Shown piece after piece: positions 1 through 9,866 of a stretch of DNA of 64,000 bases. The DNA lies in the NCBI GenBank assembly GCA_038207085.1, contig JBBRAE010000015.1:1-64000 (forward strand). The letters are read 5' to 3'. The notes under the pieces were generated by a model. The model saw only the letters and a program-made list of their open reading frames with translations. It was not told the origin of the DNA and ran no database searches. Made by a program: the position numbers and the translations under genes. This stretch comes from Armatimonadota bacterium. GTDB lineage: Bacteria; Armatimonadota; UBA5829; DTLH01. The number at the start of each line of letters is the position of its first letter. Position 1 is the first letter of the stretch.

Positions 1-141
1 GCCCGCTCCGGGGATATTCGCCACATGGAAGGTGATTCTTCGCGTGCGAAAGAGCTTCTAGGCTTTGATTTGTCCGTCGACTTCGACACCGGCCTGCGGC
101 GTATGATCGAATGGATGAATAGCAAGCGGGAGGCAAAATGA
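1..141 (+). CDS. NAD-dependent epimerase/dehydratase, C-terminal fragment (5' end outside window)
   Basis: Frame 1 reads ARSGDIRHMEGDSSRAKELLGF...GLRRMIEW then TGA, typical of an extended-SDR C-terminus; ATGA overlap with the next gene. Confidence 0.75.
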   Translation, partial: ARSGDIRHMEGDSSRAKELLGFDLSVDFDTGLRRMIEWMNSKREAK

Positions 142-1307
142 CTTTGGCAGGAGGCTCTGACAGTCGCCCGCTGATCGTTCAGGTCATCACAACTCTTGGT
201 GGTGGTGGGGCGGAGCGAGAAGTCGCAAGATTTGCAAAAACGCTCCACCAGACCGGCGCGTATCGAGTGGTTGTGTGTTGTATAATGGGACGTGGCAGTT
301 ACGCGGATGACGTCGAGCGCTCCGGTGTGCAGGTTGTCGTGTTGAACGAGGGCAAACGCCCATCGCATGTGATGGCTCGGGACTTGTTCGGATTTTTCAA
401 GAAAGTCCGTCCGACCGTCGCGCACACCCATATGATAGGATGGGCTCCGGCTGTCGCGAAACTCGCGGGGGTTCCTGTGATCGTGCAGAGCGAACACGGA
501 CTCCATGAGTGGCGAAATACGCTTGGGATTTGGGGCGATAGCTTCGGGATGGCGTTTGCTGACAAGGTCGTGGCCGTCGCTGAAGCCGTGCGCAAGTATC
601 GGGTCGAGCGCTGGAAGGTGTCTTCTTCCAAGGTGATTGCGATTCCAAACTGCGTCGAGGCGATCGCCTCTATGAGCCCGCAGGAGATTGCCGCGAAGAA
701 ATCGGAGCTGGGCCTGCCGCCGGATGTGGTGACAATCGGCATGGCCGGGCGCCTGCTTCCGATCAAAGGATGGAACTACTTCATAGATTCCGCCGCCGAG
801 GTGCTGAAACAGGCGCCGGAGTGTCGCTTTGTTCTGATCGGCGACGGGCCTTTGCGCGAAGAGCTCCAGGGGCAGATAGACCGGATGGGACTGGGTGCTA
901 ATGTCAGCATGCTCGGTTTTCGCGAGGATGTTCGGCAGCTTATGCAGGTGATGGATATCGTGTGCCTCTCTTCTCTGACCGAAGGGACTCCGATAACCAT
1001 TCTTGAGGCGATGGCCTGCGGCAAGCCCGCAGTCGTGACCGATGTCGGCGGCTGTTCTCAGGTGGTGCAGGACGGGGTTACGGGGTTTGTAGTCCAGCCC
1101 AGGGACGTGCTCGCGTTCTCCGTTGCGACTTTGAAACTGGTTCAGGATCCTGCTCTGCGTCGAAGTATGGGTGAGGCAGGATTAAACAGGGTTCTTGGTG
1201 AATACTCGGTTTGTACCAATCTGAACAGATGGATGCGGTTGTATTACGATATAGCCGCTACGAAGGGCACTCAACTTCCAGTCGGAAAAGAAGGTAGTAG
1301 TTCGTGA
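138..1307 (+). CDS. Glycosyltransferase family 4 (GT-B)
   Basis: GGAE N-terminal motif; EGTPITILEAMACGKP motif. Confidence 0.92.
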   Translation: MTLAGGSDSRPLIVQVITTLGGGGAEREVARFAKTLHQTGAYRVVVCCIMGRGSYADDVERSGVQVVVLNEGKRPSHVMARDLFGFFKKVRPTVAHTHMIGWAPAVAKLAGVPVIVQSEHGLHEWRNTLGIWGDSFGMAFADKVVAVAEAVRKYRVERWKVSSSKVIAIPNCVEAIASMSPQEIAAKKSELGLPPDVVTIGMAGRLLPIKGWNYFIDSAAEVLKQAPECRFVLIGDGPLREELQGQIDRMGLGANVSMLGFREDVRQLMQVMDIVCLSSLTEGTPITILEAMACGKPAVVTDVGGCSQVVQDGVTGFVVQPRDVLAFSVATLKLVQDPALRRSMGEAGLNRVLGEYSVCTNLNRWMRLYYDIAATKGTQLPVGKEGSSS

Positions 1308-2566
1308 AAGTCCTGATGGTCAACAAGTTTTTCTATCCTGCTGGTGGTCCTGAGACTATGATGCAGCAGTTGATGGAGGGTCTCGCGGAGCATGGACATG
1401 AAGTCGCGCCGTTCGCCATGCAGCACCCGAACAATTGGCCGAGCGAGTGGTCGGATTACTTTGTCAGCAATGTTGACTACAACAAGGGCAAATACGGCCC
1501 CGCACGAATGGCGGGTGAAGCTGTTCGCATAATCTATTCTGTGGAAGCCCGCCGAAAGATCGGCGCGCTTGTTCGCAAGTTCAGGCCCGATGTCGCCCAT
1601 CTGCACAATATCTACCACCAGATTTCACCTTCGATTCTACCTGAGCTCAAGCGCGATGGGGTACCTATGGTGCTCACCCTGCACGACGCAAAGCTTATGT
1701 GCCCGGCGGAACATTTCTTTGTCCGCGGGGAGATATGTGAGCTGTGCCGAGGCAAGTATTTTCACCACTGTCTTAGGCGAAAGTGCATCAAGGACTCATA
1801 CCCCAAGAGCGCGCTTGCCGTGCTTGAGATGTATATCCACAGGATGTTCAGGATGTACGGGCGCAATATAGATCTTTTTGTAGCGCCAAGCGAGTTCTAC
1901 CGCCAGAAACTGATCGAAACGGGAAGAACTACGCCTGAACACATCATCACCATCTACAACAGCGTGGACGTGGACGCGATCAAGCCAACCGAACCCGGTG
2001 ACTACGCGCTATATCTAGGTCGTGTTGACCGTCATAAGGGCGTGTTCACCCTGCTTGAGGCGATGAAATCGTGCCCGGGAGTCAAGCTCAAGATGGTCGG
2101 TAAGGGGGACGCCGAAGATGAATGCGCGCAGATCATCAAGGAACATGGCCTGAGCAACGTCGAGATGCTCGGCTTCAGGACCGGCGATGAGCTGAACAAG
2201 ATTATCGACGACTGCGCGTTTCTCGTGACGCCTTCGGAGTGGTATGAAAACTGCCCACTCGTCGTGATAGAGGCCGCTGCTGCCGGCAAACCGGCTATCG
2301 TTAGCCGCATCGGCGGCGTTCAGGAGTTGGTCGACGCTGGGAGAACTGGTTTCACAGTGGCTCCGGGGTCGGCGAAGGAGCTTGCAGGCAAGATCGAACT
2401 GTTTGGCAAGCACCCCGATGTCGTTCGGGAGATGGGGCAGGCTGCCAGGCAGAAGGCCGAAATGGAGTTCTCTCGGCAGGTCTTCTACGAAAAGACGATG
2501 CAGTCCTACGAACTCGCCGCCGAGCTTGCAAAGAAGCATGGTCGGCGCGGTCACTTCAATATTTAA
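1304..2566 (+). CDS. Glycosyltransferase family 4
   Basis: ENCPLVVIEAAAAGKP motif; HLHNIYHQISPS; Cys-rich insert typical of this subfamily. Confidence 0.92.
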   Translation: MKVLMVNKFFYPAGGPETMMQQLMEGLAEHGHEVAPFAMQHPNNWPSEWSDYFVSNVDYNKGKYGPARMAGEAVRIIYSVEARRKIGALVRKFRPDVAHLHNIYHQISPSILPELKRDGVPMVLTLHDAKLMCPAEHFFVRGEICELCRGKYFHHCLRRKCIKDSYPKSALAVLEMYIHRMFRMYGRNIDLFVAPSEFYRQKLIETGRTTPEHIITIYNSVDVDAIKPTEPGDYALYLGRVDRHKGVFTLLEAMKSCPGVKLKMVGKGDAEDECAQIIKEHGLSNVEMLGFRTGDELNKIIDDCAFLVTPSEWYENCPLVVIEAAAAGKPAIVSRIGGVQELVDAGRTGFTVAPGSAKELAGKIELFGKHPDVVREMGQAARQKAEMEFSRQVFYEKTMQSYELAAELAKKHGRRGHFNI

Positions 2567-2662
2567 CTCCTCGTCTGGATATCTAGCTTCAGACTGCCCG
2601 CTTGGTGTATAATGTTATGTTGATTATACTCAAACGGCCTCACTGGCCGCATGGAGGGTGGA

Positions 2663-2992
2663 ATGAAGAAAATTACCGTGGTCTCCTCTGTTGTGCTCAC
2701 TGCGTGTGCTGTCGTGGCCTTGGCTACACCAGCCTGGCAGGGGGTTTTCAACAAGACCTACACTCCCAAGTCGGGCTCAGCGCTAGCGAAGGCCAGATGT
2801 TCGTCGTGCCATGCCAAAGGCTCAACAGCGAGCCTGAACGTTTACGGCAAACAGCTCAAGGGTAAACCTGTGACCGCCGCTTCGCTTAAGGGCATTGAAA
2901 AGCTTGACTCAGACAAAGACAAGGCGTGCAATATCAAGGAGATCAAAGCAGGGACGCTTCCCGGCGACTCCAAGAGCAAGCCGAAGATCTGA
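2663..2992 (+). CDS. Small exported monoheme c-type cytochrome
   Basis: Signal peptide, CSSCH heme motif, C-terminal DSD..NxxEIxAGTLPGD motif; SD GGAGG before ATG 2663. Confidence 0.75.
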   Translation: MKKITVVSSVVLTACAVVALATPAWQGVFNKTYTPKSGSALAKARCSSCHAKGSTASLNVYGKQLKGKPVTAASLKGIEKLDSDKDKACNIKEIKAGTLPGDSKSKPKI

Positions 2993-3036
2993 AATAGAGT
3001 GGCTAGTCGCTAGTTTCTAGCCCGGATTATATTCGT

Positions 3037-3078
3037 GCCGACGGGTGTTCACGTGACGCCCGTCGGCCTTTGTGTTTA
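3037..3078 (+). terminator. Intrinsic terminator
   Basis: GCCGACGGGTGT/ACGCCCGTCGGC stem followed by a T-rich tract. Confidence 0.7.
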
Positions 3079-3173
3079 TTTGTCGGGGATGGGTTTAGCG
3101 TGCTCTCTTGTTTGACCCAGAGAGCAAATCGTGGTACCATTTTCGCTGTAGTAGGGGGTCGGAAGGAAACTAA

Positions 3174-4496
3174 ATGGACAGGCCAATTGTAGCCGTCGTG
3201 GGCAGGCCGAACGTAGGCAAATCCACGCTGTTTAACAGAATAGTAGGACAACGCATAGCGATTGTCGAGGACACGCCCGGGATCACTCGCGACAGGCTGT
3301 ATGCCGAAGCCGAGTGGCGCGGACGCCAGTTCGTGCTCACCGATACGGGTGGGATCCTGTTCAATGAGACCGATCCTCTTACCGTGCAGGTCGCCCAGCA
3401 GGCACAGCTTGCGATGGAGGAGGCCGACGTGATTGTCATGGTCGTCGATGCGACCGAAGGCGTCACGGGCACAGATGAAACCCTGGCCCTGGAGCTGCGA
3501 AAGACCAAGGTCCCGGTCATTCTTGTCGCTAACAAGGTCGACAACGAGAAGGTCGAACAGGAATCGTCTGATTTCTATCGCCTGGGATTTGAAGTGATTT
3601 TTCCCGTGTCCTCGATCCATGGCCGTGGTCTTGCCGACGCGCTCGATGCCGTGATCGACTCGATGCCGGCGATTTCTGACGAGGATGTTTACCCATCAGA
3701 TGCGATCCGCATTTCGATCGTGGGGCGTCCAAATGTCGGAAAGTCGTCCATCCTGAACGCGATTCTCGGCGAGGAACGGGTGATTGTCTCTGATATCCCC
3801 GGCACGACCCGTGATGCGATCGATACGCTGATTACCCATGGCGAGCAGGAGATTGTGCTGATCGACACCGCCGGAATCAGGCGGGCAGGCAAGATACAGG
3901 GTTCAGTCGAATATTATACCGTGCTTCGGGCCGTTCGCGCGCTTGAGCGCGGCGATGTGGGGCTATTGGTAGTCGACGCGGAGGCCGGAGTCCTTGACGG
4001 TGACAAGCGGGTCGGTGGCTTTATCCATGATGCGGGGCGCGCCTGTGTCATCGTCGTTAATAAGTGGGATCTTGTAAAGGGTAAGACGAGCTTCAAGGCG
4101 TTTGCCGAGCACGTCCGCACAGAGATTCCTTTCCTGGATTATGCTCCGATTGTTTTTGTGTCGGCTCTTGAGGGCTCGGGTATCAGTGAGGTCGTGCCTG
4201 CGGGTATTGAGGTTGCTGGAAACCACGCGATGAGGGTTTCGACGGGCGAACTGAACCGTCTGGTTCAGAGTGCTGTCGACGCTCACCCGATTTCCCGCAA
4301 GGGAAGACAGCTTCGCATCAAGTACGCCACGATGCCTGTCGTGAAGCCACCTACCGTGATCCTGTTCGTCAACGACCCGGAACTGGTGCATTTTTCCTAT
4401 ATACGCTACATCGAGAACCAGATCCGAAAAGTCTTCGGCTACCAGGGCACGCCGATCAGAATATTTGCGAGGAGACCCGAGAAGGGGAAAGAGTAG
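3174..4496 (+). CDS. der: Ribosome biogenesis GTPase Der (EngA)
   Basis: Two GRPNVGKS G-domains plus KH-like C-terminus. Confidence 0.98.
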   Translation: MDRPIVAVVGRPNVGKSTLFNRIVGQRIAIVEDTPGITRDRLYAEAEWRGRQFVLTDTGGILFNETDPLTVQVAQQAQLAMEEADVIVMVVDATEGVTGTDETLALELRKTKVPVILVANKVDNEKVEQESSDFYRLGFEVIFPVSSIHGRGLADALDAVIDSMPAISDEDVYPSDAIRISIVGRPNVGKSSILNAILGEERVIVSDIPGTTRDAIDTLITHGEQEIVLIDTAGIRRAGKIQGSVEYYTVLRAVRALERGDVGLLVVDAEAGVLDGDKRVGGFIHDAGRACVIVVNKWDLVKGKTSFKAFAEHVRTEIPFLDYAPIVFVSALEGSGISEVVPAGIEVAGNHAMRVSTGELNRLVQSAVDAHPISRKGRQLRIKYATMPVVKPPTVILFVNDPELVHFSYIRYIENQIRKVFGYQGTPIRIFARRPEKGKE

Positions 4497-4831
4497 GGAA
4501 AATGCAAAGTGCAAATTGATGGGATAGGTGGAGGGCGATAGGTTGTACCTCTTGTCGGGAGATAGCCTCGATCGTTCGGGAGATTGCTCCCTATTGTTCG
4601 TCCGGATCTGTGATCCGGGACGATCAGGCAGAATAGGCATCTGTGATGCCGGTAGATTGGGCACGGTCGAAAGAACGGGATCACAGATCCCTTGACTGCC
4701 AAGAAGGCCCGGATTGCAAATCTGGGCCAACTCAGGCAAATCGAGGCCAACTTAGACCACCAGTCTCCCAACTCTCGCCAGTCCCCAATTTTGCATTTTT
4801 CACATTGCAGTATCCCCCGTTGGAGGTATTG

Positions 4832-5464
4832 ATGAAAGCAGCCGTGCTAGTCTTGATATCGTATTTTCTTGGGTCGATTCCCTTTGGGTTGATCCTGGGA
4901 AAGGTGTTTCGCGGGATTGATATTCGGGACTTTGGCAGCGGCAACATCGGCACTACCAACGTGTTTCGTACGCTTGGGCCGGGGCTTGGGACGGTAGTCT
5001 TCGTCACCGACACCGCCAAAGGCGCGGGGGCGGTGTTTCTTGCCAAGGCGCTGATGCAGGGTGATTCGCAGGCGGCCTGGGTGATCGTTGCGGGTTGTCT
5101 TGCCATTATCGGGCATATGGCGTCAATATTTCTCAAGTTCAGAGGTGGGAAAGGGGTTGCGACAAGCCTTGGGATGATCGTCGGGATGAACCCCCTGATC
5201 GCTGCTATTTGTTTTGTTCTCTGGGTGACGCTTGTCGCGGTGACGCGGTTCGTGTCGGTCGCCTCGATTATCGCAAGCTTTTCGGTAACGACGATGATGT
5301 ACTTCTCGCCGGTGCTTTTTGATGCAGAGGTTCCTCGTGGCTACACGATAACCGCCTTCGTGGCCGCGCTTCTCATACTCCTAAAACACCGCTCGAACAT
5401 CAAGCGGTTGATTCAGGGCACGGAGCCCAAGTTCGGACAGAAAGTCAACGTAGAAGGAGAATGA
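4832..5464 (+). CDS. plsY: Glycerol-3-phosphate acyltransferase PlsY
   Basis: GSIPFG, GSGNIGTTN, GGKGVAT, HRSNIKRL motifs; start moved to ATG 4832 after GGAGG. Confidence 0.96.
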   Translation: MKAAVLVLISYFLGSIPFGLILGKVFRGIDIRDFGSGNIGTTNVFRTLGPGLGTVVFVTDTAKGAGAVFLAKALMQGDSQAAWVIVAGCLAIIGHMASIFLKFRGGKGVATSLGMIVGMNPLIAAICFVLWVTLVAVTRFVSVASIIASFSVTTMMYFSPVLFDAEVPRGYTITAFVAALLILLKHRSNIKRLIQGTEPKFGQKVNVEGE

Positions 5465-5985
5465 CACCTATGGACGAGACAAGCCCCTTCGCCGGCCTCG
5501 CCATTGACGCCATCGTGCTCTATGTAAGTGAGGGGGAAACCCTTCCTGTTCCCTCGGCACTCCCCGAGGAGATGACTGCCTGCTGCGGCGTCTTCGTCTG
5601 TATCAAAAAGTACGGCGAACTGCGCGGATGCATCGGGACGATCGAGCCGATGTGCGACACCGTCGCCGAGGAGATCATCCAAAACGCGATAAACGCCGCT
5701 ATGCGCGACCCAAGGTTCCTTCCAGTCGAGCCCGAAGAGCTCGAGCTTCTTTCCTGTTCCGTGGACGTTCTCACGCATCCCGAGCCGGTGGACGGATTCG
5801 ACTGCCTCGACCCCGCCCGCTACGGCGTGATCGTCGAATGCAACGGCCGCAGAGGGCTCCTTCTCCCCGACCTAGACGGTGTGGACACAGTGGAGGACCA
5901 AGTGTCGATTGCCTGCAGAAAGGCCGGAATCCGGCACCGCGACGGGATACAGCTCTATCGCTTCGAGGTGAAAAGGTACGATTAG
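5461..5985 (+). CDS. AMMECR1-domain protein (AmmeMemoRadiSam protein A type)
   Basis: GVFV..K..GELRGCIGT, DPRF, GLLLP motifs. Confidence 0.9.
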   Translation: MTPMDETSPFAGLAIDAIVLYVSEGETLPVPSALPEEMTACCGVFVCIKKYGELRGCIGTIEPMCDTVAEEIIQNAINAAMRDPRFLPVEPEELELLSCSVDVLTHPEPVDGFDCLDPARYGVIVECNGRRGLLLPDLDGVDTVEDQVSIACRKAGIRHRDGIQLYRFEVKRYD

Positions 5986-6069
5986 TGCGAACAAGACCGG
6001 CTCGGCTCTGGTGTTTGCAGGCGCGATGTACATTGTCCTTGCGAATCACAAGCCCACAGATTCTGCCAA

Positions 6070-8313
6070 CTATGTCTCTTCGTAGATCTGCACAAAGTCC
6101 TCTGTTGGTTCGCCTGCCGGGAGTTCTCCGTAGCGCTTCCTCTCACGGAACATCCTTATCGCAAGATAGACGACCGGGAGTATCCCCGCGACTATGAATA
6201 TCACGTCGCCGGGGAAGCGAAGCCACTCGAACACTCTAACGGCAGGCTGGGCGAAAAATTGCGGATCTCGCACCTTCCAATAGCCCTGCCCGAAACTCTG
6301 GAATAGTTGGATCGTCCCAATTGGGATCAAATTGACGAATATCATCCACGCCAGGCCGATATTCAGCCCCCAGAACGCTGTCTTCATTGCAAGCTCGCTC
6401 TTGCGGTCTGGCCTGATGAAATATCGCGCGGCGAACATGAAGAACCCGATCGCGAGCATCCCGTAGACACCCATCATCGCCCCGTGCGCGTGGTTGGCGG
6501 TGAACTGGGTACCGATTTCATAGTAGCTGACGATAGGCAGGTTGATCAGGAACCCGAAGATCCCCGCGCCGAGGAAGTTCCAGAACCCGACTGCGATCAG
6601 GAACATTACCGCCCACTTGTGCGGGAACTGTCCGGCAGGAGTGCAGAAGGCGCATTCCTCATCCCGACGCCGACCGAGCTGCATGAACCTCCAGGCCTCC
6701 ACAGTGAGCAGGACGAGTGGGATGACCTCCATAGCCGAGAACACCGCTCCAAGCGCCATATGGGCCGCTGGAGCCCCGCTAAAGTAAAGATGGTGCATAG
6801 TCCCAATCACGCCGCCGATGGAATAGAGAATAATATCGAGGTATACCACCCGAGTCGCCGTCGTCTGCCGCACCACGCCAAGCAGCACAAAGATGAACGC
6901 GACCATAATCGTCGTGAAAAGCTCCAGAAAGTCTTCGACCCAGAGGTGGACCACCCAGAACCGCCAGAAGTCCATCACAGCGAAGTTAACGACCTTGCCA
7001 AAGACCATACCCGCCGAGTAGAACACGGGGATCGAAAGTGCGCTGTAGAGGAACAGATACGGCAAATTTCCCGGGTGCTCGCCCCGGAGTCGCCCTGCCA
7101 TCGCCCGAACCAGGATCGCGACCCATATCAGCATCCCCACAGTGAGAAGTATCTGCCAGAGCCTGCCGAGATCGAGATACTCCCACCCCTGCGCGCCGAC
7201 CCAGAACCAGGGGCCACTTCCGGGGATACGGTTCATCACGCTAGCGGCTTCACCTATCATGCTGCCAACTACGACAAGCACAATAGCGCCAAAGAGGCCG
7301 ATTGCGAGCTTGTCCTGGTGTTTAGGCTCGCGCCGGGCGATCATCGTCGCGAGGAATATCCCCATCGCCATAAAGCTGGTCGCCACAAAGAAGATGGCAA
7401 GCTGCAGGTGCCACATCCGCGAGAGGTTGTAGGGGAGCCACTTGGATATGTTGAACCCATAGAACCCGGCGGGCTCGACGTGGTAGTGCGCGTTCGCCCC
7501 GCCAAGGAGCCCTTGGGCGAAGAAGAGCCCCGCCACAACGAGAAAATACCACGCTGTCGCCCTCTGAGCAGGGGAGAGGCGCACGTCTTCCGGTGGTCGG
7601 AATTTGAACGTCTGCTCGGGGACTTCTTCTGCCGATCCATGCCACCCCAGTAGATTGTATCTGCCAAATATGAAGAGCACCAGGCCGATGCCACCGAGAA
7701 GCCCAATCAGACTGAGCACGCTCCACAGAAACGCCTGCGCGGTCGGCGCGTTTCCAACCAGCGGCTCCGAGGGCCAGTTGTTGGTGTAGGAATAGTTCGT
7801 GCCCGGTCGAGTCGCCGCGGCGGTCCAGGCAGCCCAGGAGAAATAAGCCGTGAGCTTGCGCACGTCCTCGGGGTTTCGGGCGAGATTCGGGCGCTTCAAG
7901 CCTTGCTGTGAATCGGTCGGGCCGAACCATTTGGTGTAGAACCCGCGCATCTGATCGAAACCATAGACTTGGCCAGCTGTATAAGCGAGAGACTTTGTGC
8001 TCTTGACGTAAGCGTTAAGCTTGAACTCGCGTCGCACCTGTTCGTTCACATCTGCTGGAGACCCACCTTGCCCTGAGTAGAACCTCTCCGCAGCCGTCGC
8101 CGAGCCGTGGAGATACTGCGCGGTGAAGTCTGGCCCGAGATACGCGCCGTGCCCGAAGATCGAGCCAAACTGCATCAGTCCGTAGCGCTGGAATATCTGC
8201 TGTCCGTCCATCACGTCGCGTCCTGTGAAGAGCACGGAGCCGTCTGGTCGAAGTGTGCGCTCAGGGATCGGCGGGTGCTGAGTGGATATCAGCCTTGCGA
8301 GGATGCCGAGCAC
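6070..8313 (-). CDS. norB: Quinol-dependent nitric oxide reductase (qNor); N-terminus possibly truncated
   Basis: GSIFGHGAYLGPDFTA, YTNNWP, HLWVE, GTMHH, HAHGAMMGVYG heme/non-heme-Fe motifs. Confidence 0.9.
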   Translation of the reverse strand: MLGILARLISTQHPPIPERTLRPDGSVLFTGRDVMDGQQIFQRYGLMQFGSIFGHGAYLGPDFTAQYLHGSATAAERFYSGQGGSPADVNEQVRREFKLNAYVKSTKSLAYTAGQVYGFDQMRGFYTKWFGPTDSQQGLKRPNLARNPEDVRKLTAYFSWAAWTAAATRPGTNYSYTNNWPSEPLVGNAPTAQAFLWSVLSLIGLLGGIGLVLFIFGRYNLLGWHGSAEEVPEQTFKFRPPEDVRLSPAQRATAWYFLVVAGLFFAQGLLGGANAHYHVEPAGFYGFNISKWLPYNLSRMWHLQLAIFFVATSFMAMGIFLATMIARREPKHQDKLAIGLFGAIVLVVVGSMIGEAASVMNRIPGSGPWFWVGAQGWEYLDLGRLWQILLTVGMLIWVAILVRAMAGRLRGEHPGNLPYLFLYSALSIPVFYSAGMVFGKVVNFAVMDFWRFWVVHLWVEDFLELFTTIMVAFIFVLLGVVRQTTATRVVYLDIILYSIGGVIGTMHHLYFSGAPAAHMALGAVFSAMEVIPLVLLTVEAWRFMQLGRRRDEECAFCTPAGQFPHKWAVMFLIAVGFWNFLGAGIFGFLINLPIVSYYEIGTQFTANHAHGAMMGVYGMLAIGFFMFAARYFIRPDRKSELAMKTAFWGLNIGLAWMIFVNLIPIGTIQLFQSFGQGYWKVRDPQFFAQPAVRVFEWLRFPGDVIFIVAGILPVVYLAIRMFRERKRYGELPAGEPTEDFVQIYEET

Positions 8314-8602
8314 GAGAAATCCCCCAAGTCCCGGCAGTCACGTCTCCCAACCCTGTCCCAGCATGTCCAGCATGAAAATATCCTGGCGAATTTACCCGAT
8401 TTGCGGCTTACCTGCTTGAATTTCCCAAATGGCTGAGGTACACTTCGGTATGGTACAACTTCTGCATAAAGTATGAATACGCCGCAAACAGGCCGAACTC
8501 AGACGGGGAGCAAATGTAGGCACCCAGGCTCTATGAGGTCGCGCAGTGTGTGTGCTAATGTTGACGGGGCCTCAACCCCGCATGTGTTGGAGAAAGTAGC
8601 TG

Positions 8603-9817
8603 ATGATAAGCTGGAGCACAAGACTCAACGTTGAACGCATAAATCAGGGTATGCCGATCATTGCAGCCGATACTAACGGCTGGGACGATGGCTATACTCT
8701 CAACCCGACGGCCATTTACCTCGAGAGATCGCCTAAGAACGACGAGGTTATAAAGGGCATGCTCGGAGTACAGACACTTGATGATCCCCGTCTCGCCCGC
8801 GGCGCAGTGGCCGTCCTTTATCGTGGTGTGCCTCGCGAGAAACCGGGACTTCCTACCCTTCGCTCGTCCGTAGGTCTCGCCGTCTTCACTCCCAATCTCG
8901 AGCTCGTGAAGCGGTTCCCTTACCCGGTCATCGTTCCGAGTGACGACCCGATGGGATGCGACTACAACGGCGTCGAAGATCAGCGCGTCACCAAAATCGG
9001 CGACACGTTCTATTTGGTTTACTGTGGGTTCAACCCCCGCCTTTCCCGCAGGCACAACATCCATATTTGTATGGCGGAGTCCAAAGACCTGATCCACTGG
9101 ACCAAGCTCGGACCCGTCGCAGGCAGCGTGAACGACGTCCCGAACAAAGATGCGGTGCTTATGGCCGACAAGATCGAGGGCTACTATGTGATGCTTCATA
9201 GACCGTGCATCGGCTACCAGGGGAGCCTCAGCATATCGATCGCCGTTGCGACATCTGTTACCGGCGAGTGGACCGACCTCGGCACCATTATGAAACCAGT
9301 CCGACATCCCAAGTATCGGATGTCCTGGGTAGGCGGCGGCTCGACCCCGCTTGCAATCGGTGGGAATCGCTATCTCTGTGATTATCATACCGGCAATTAT
9401 TTCGCGACAGGTGAGCGCGACTACTTCGGAAGCTATGCGATTCTGAACTTCGATCGGTTCGACGTGAACCACCCTGAAAGAATAGTAGAGACCCGGTGCG
9501 AGGGCGTGATCGTCCCCGAGACCGAGTATGAGCTCGATTCCCCGTGGCCGCACGACAAAACGCTGAACTGCGTTTTCCCCTGCGGAAGCTACGAGCTTGA
9601 CGGAGATATCGTCCTGACCTACGGCGGGGCAGACGCCTACGTCCTTGGCGCGAGGCTGAACAAAGAAGACTTGGTAGCCGAGCTTGAGGGCACCGGCTAC
9701 TGCCCGATCCTGGAAGTCGCCAACGAGCGGATCCCCGTTCGCTCCGGTGTGCGCATCCCAAGGCCGCACGCAAGCGGCATCCGCCATCGCCAGCACGTGC
9801 CCGCAGACCCCAGCTAG
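8603..9817 (+). CDS. Glycoside hydrolase family 130 (mannoside phosphorylase-like)
   Basis: LNP, GVEDQRV, NKDAVL, LHRP, NCVFPCG, YGGAD motifs. Confidence 0.85.
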   Translation: MISWSTRLNVERINQGMPIIAADTNGWDDGYTLNPTAIYLERSPKNDEVIKGMLGVQTLDDPRLARGAVAVLYRGVPREKPGLPTLRSSVGLAVFTPNLELVKRFPYPVIVPSDDPMGCDYNGVEDQRVTKIGDTFYLVYCGFNPRLSRRHNIHICMAESKDLIHWTKLGPVAGSVNDVPNKDAVLMADKIEGYYVMLHRPCIGYQGSLSISIAVATSVTGEWTDLGTIMKPVRHPKYRMSWVGGGSTPLAIGGNRYLCDYHTGNYFATGERDYFGSYAILNFDRFDVNHPERIVETRCEGVIVPETEYELDSPWPHDKTLNCVFPCGSYELDGDIVLTYGGADAYVLGARLNKEDLVAELEGTGYCPILEVANERIPVRSGVRIPRPHASGIRHRQHVPADPS

Positions 9818-9823
9818 AAACAC

Positions 9824-9861
9824 AGAAAGAGGCGATGGTAGCTCCACCATCGCCTCTTTCT
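9824..9861. terminator. Bidirectional terminator between convergent GH130 and xylA
   Basis: Perfect 16-bp inverted repeat AGAAAGAGGCGATGGT/ACCATCGCCTCTTTCT. Confidence 0.85.
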
Positions 9862-9866
9862 CACTA

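Noticed and set aside
6070..8313. qNor as an NO dismutase (Nod)
   Set aside because: The non-heme iron His-His pair and the HLWVE glutamate are intact; Nod-type substitutions are not seen
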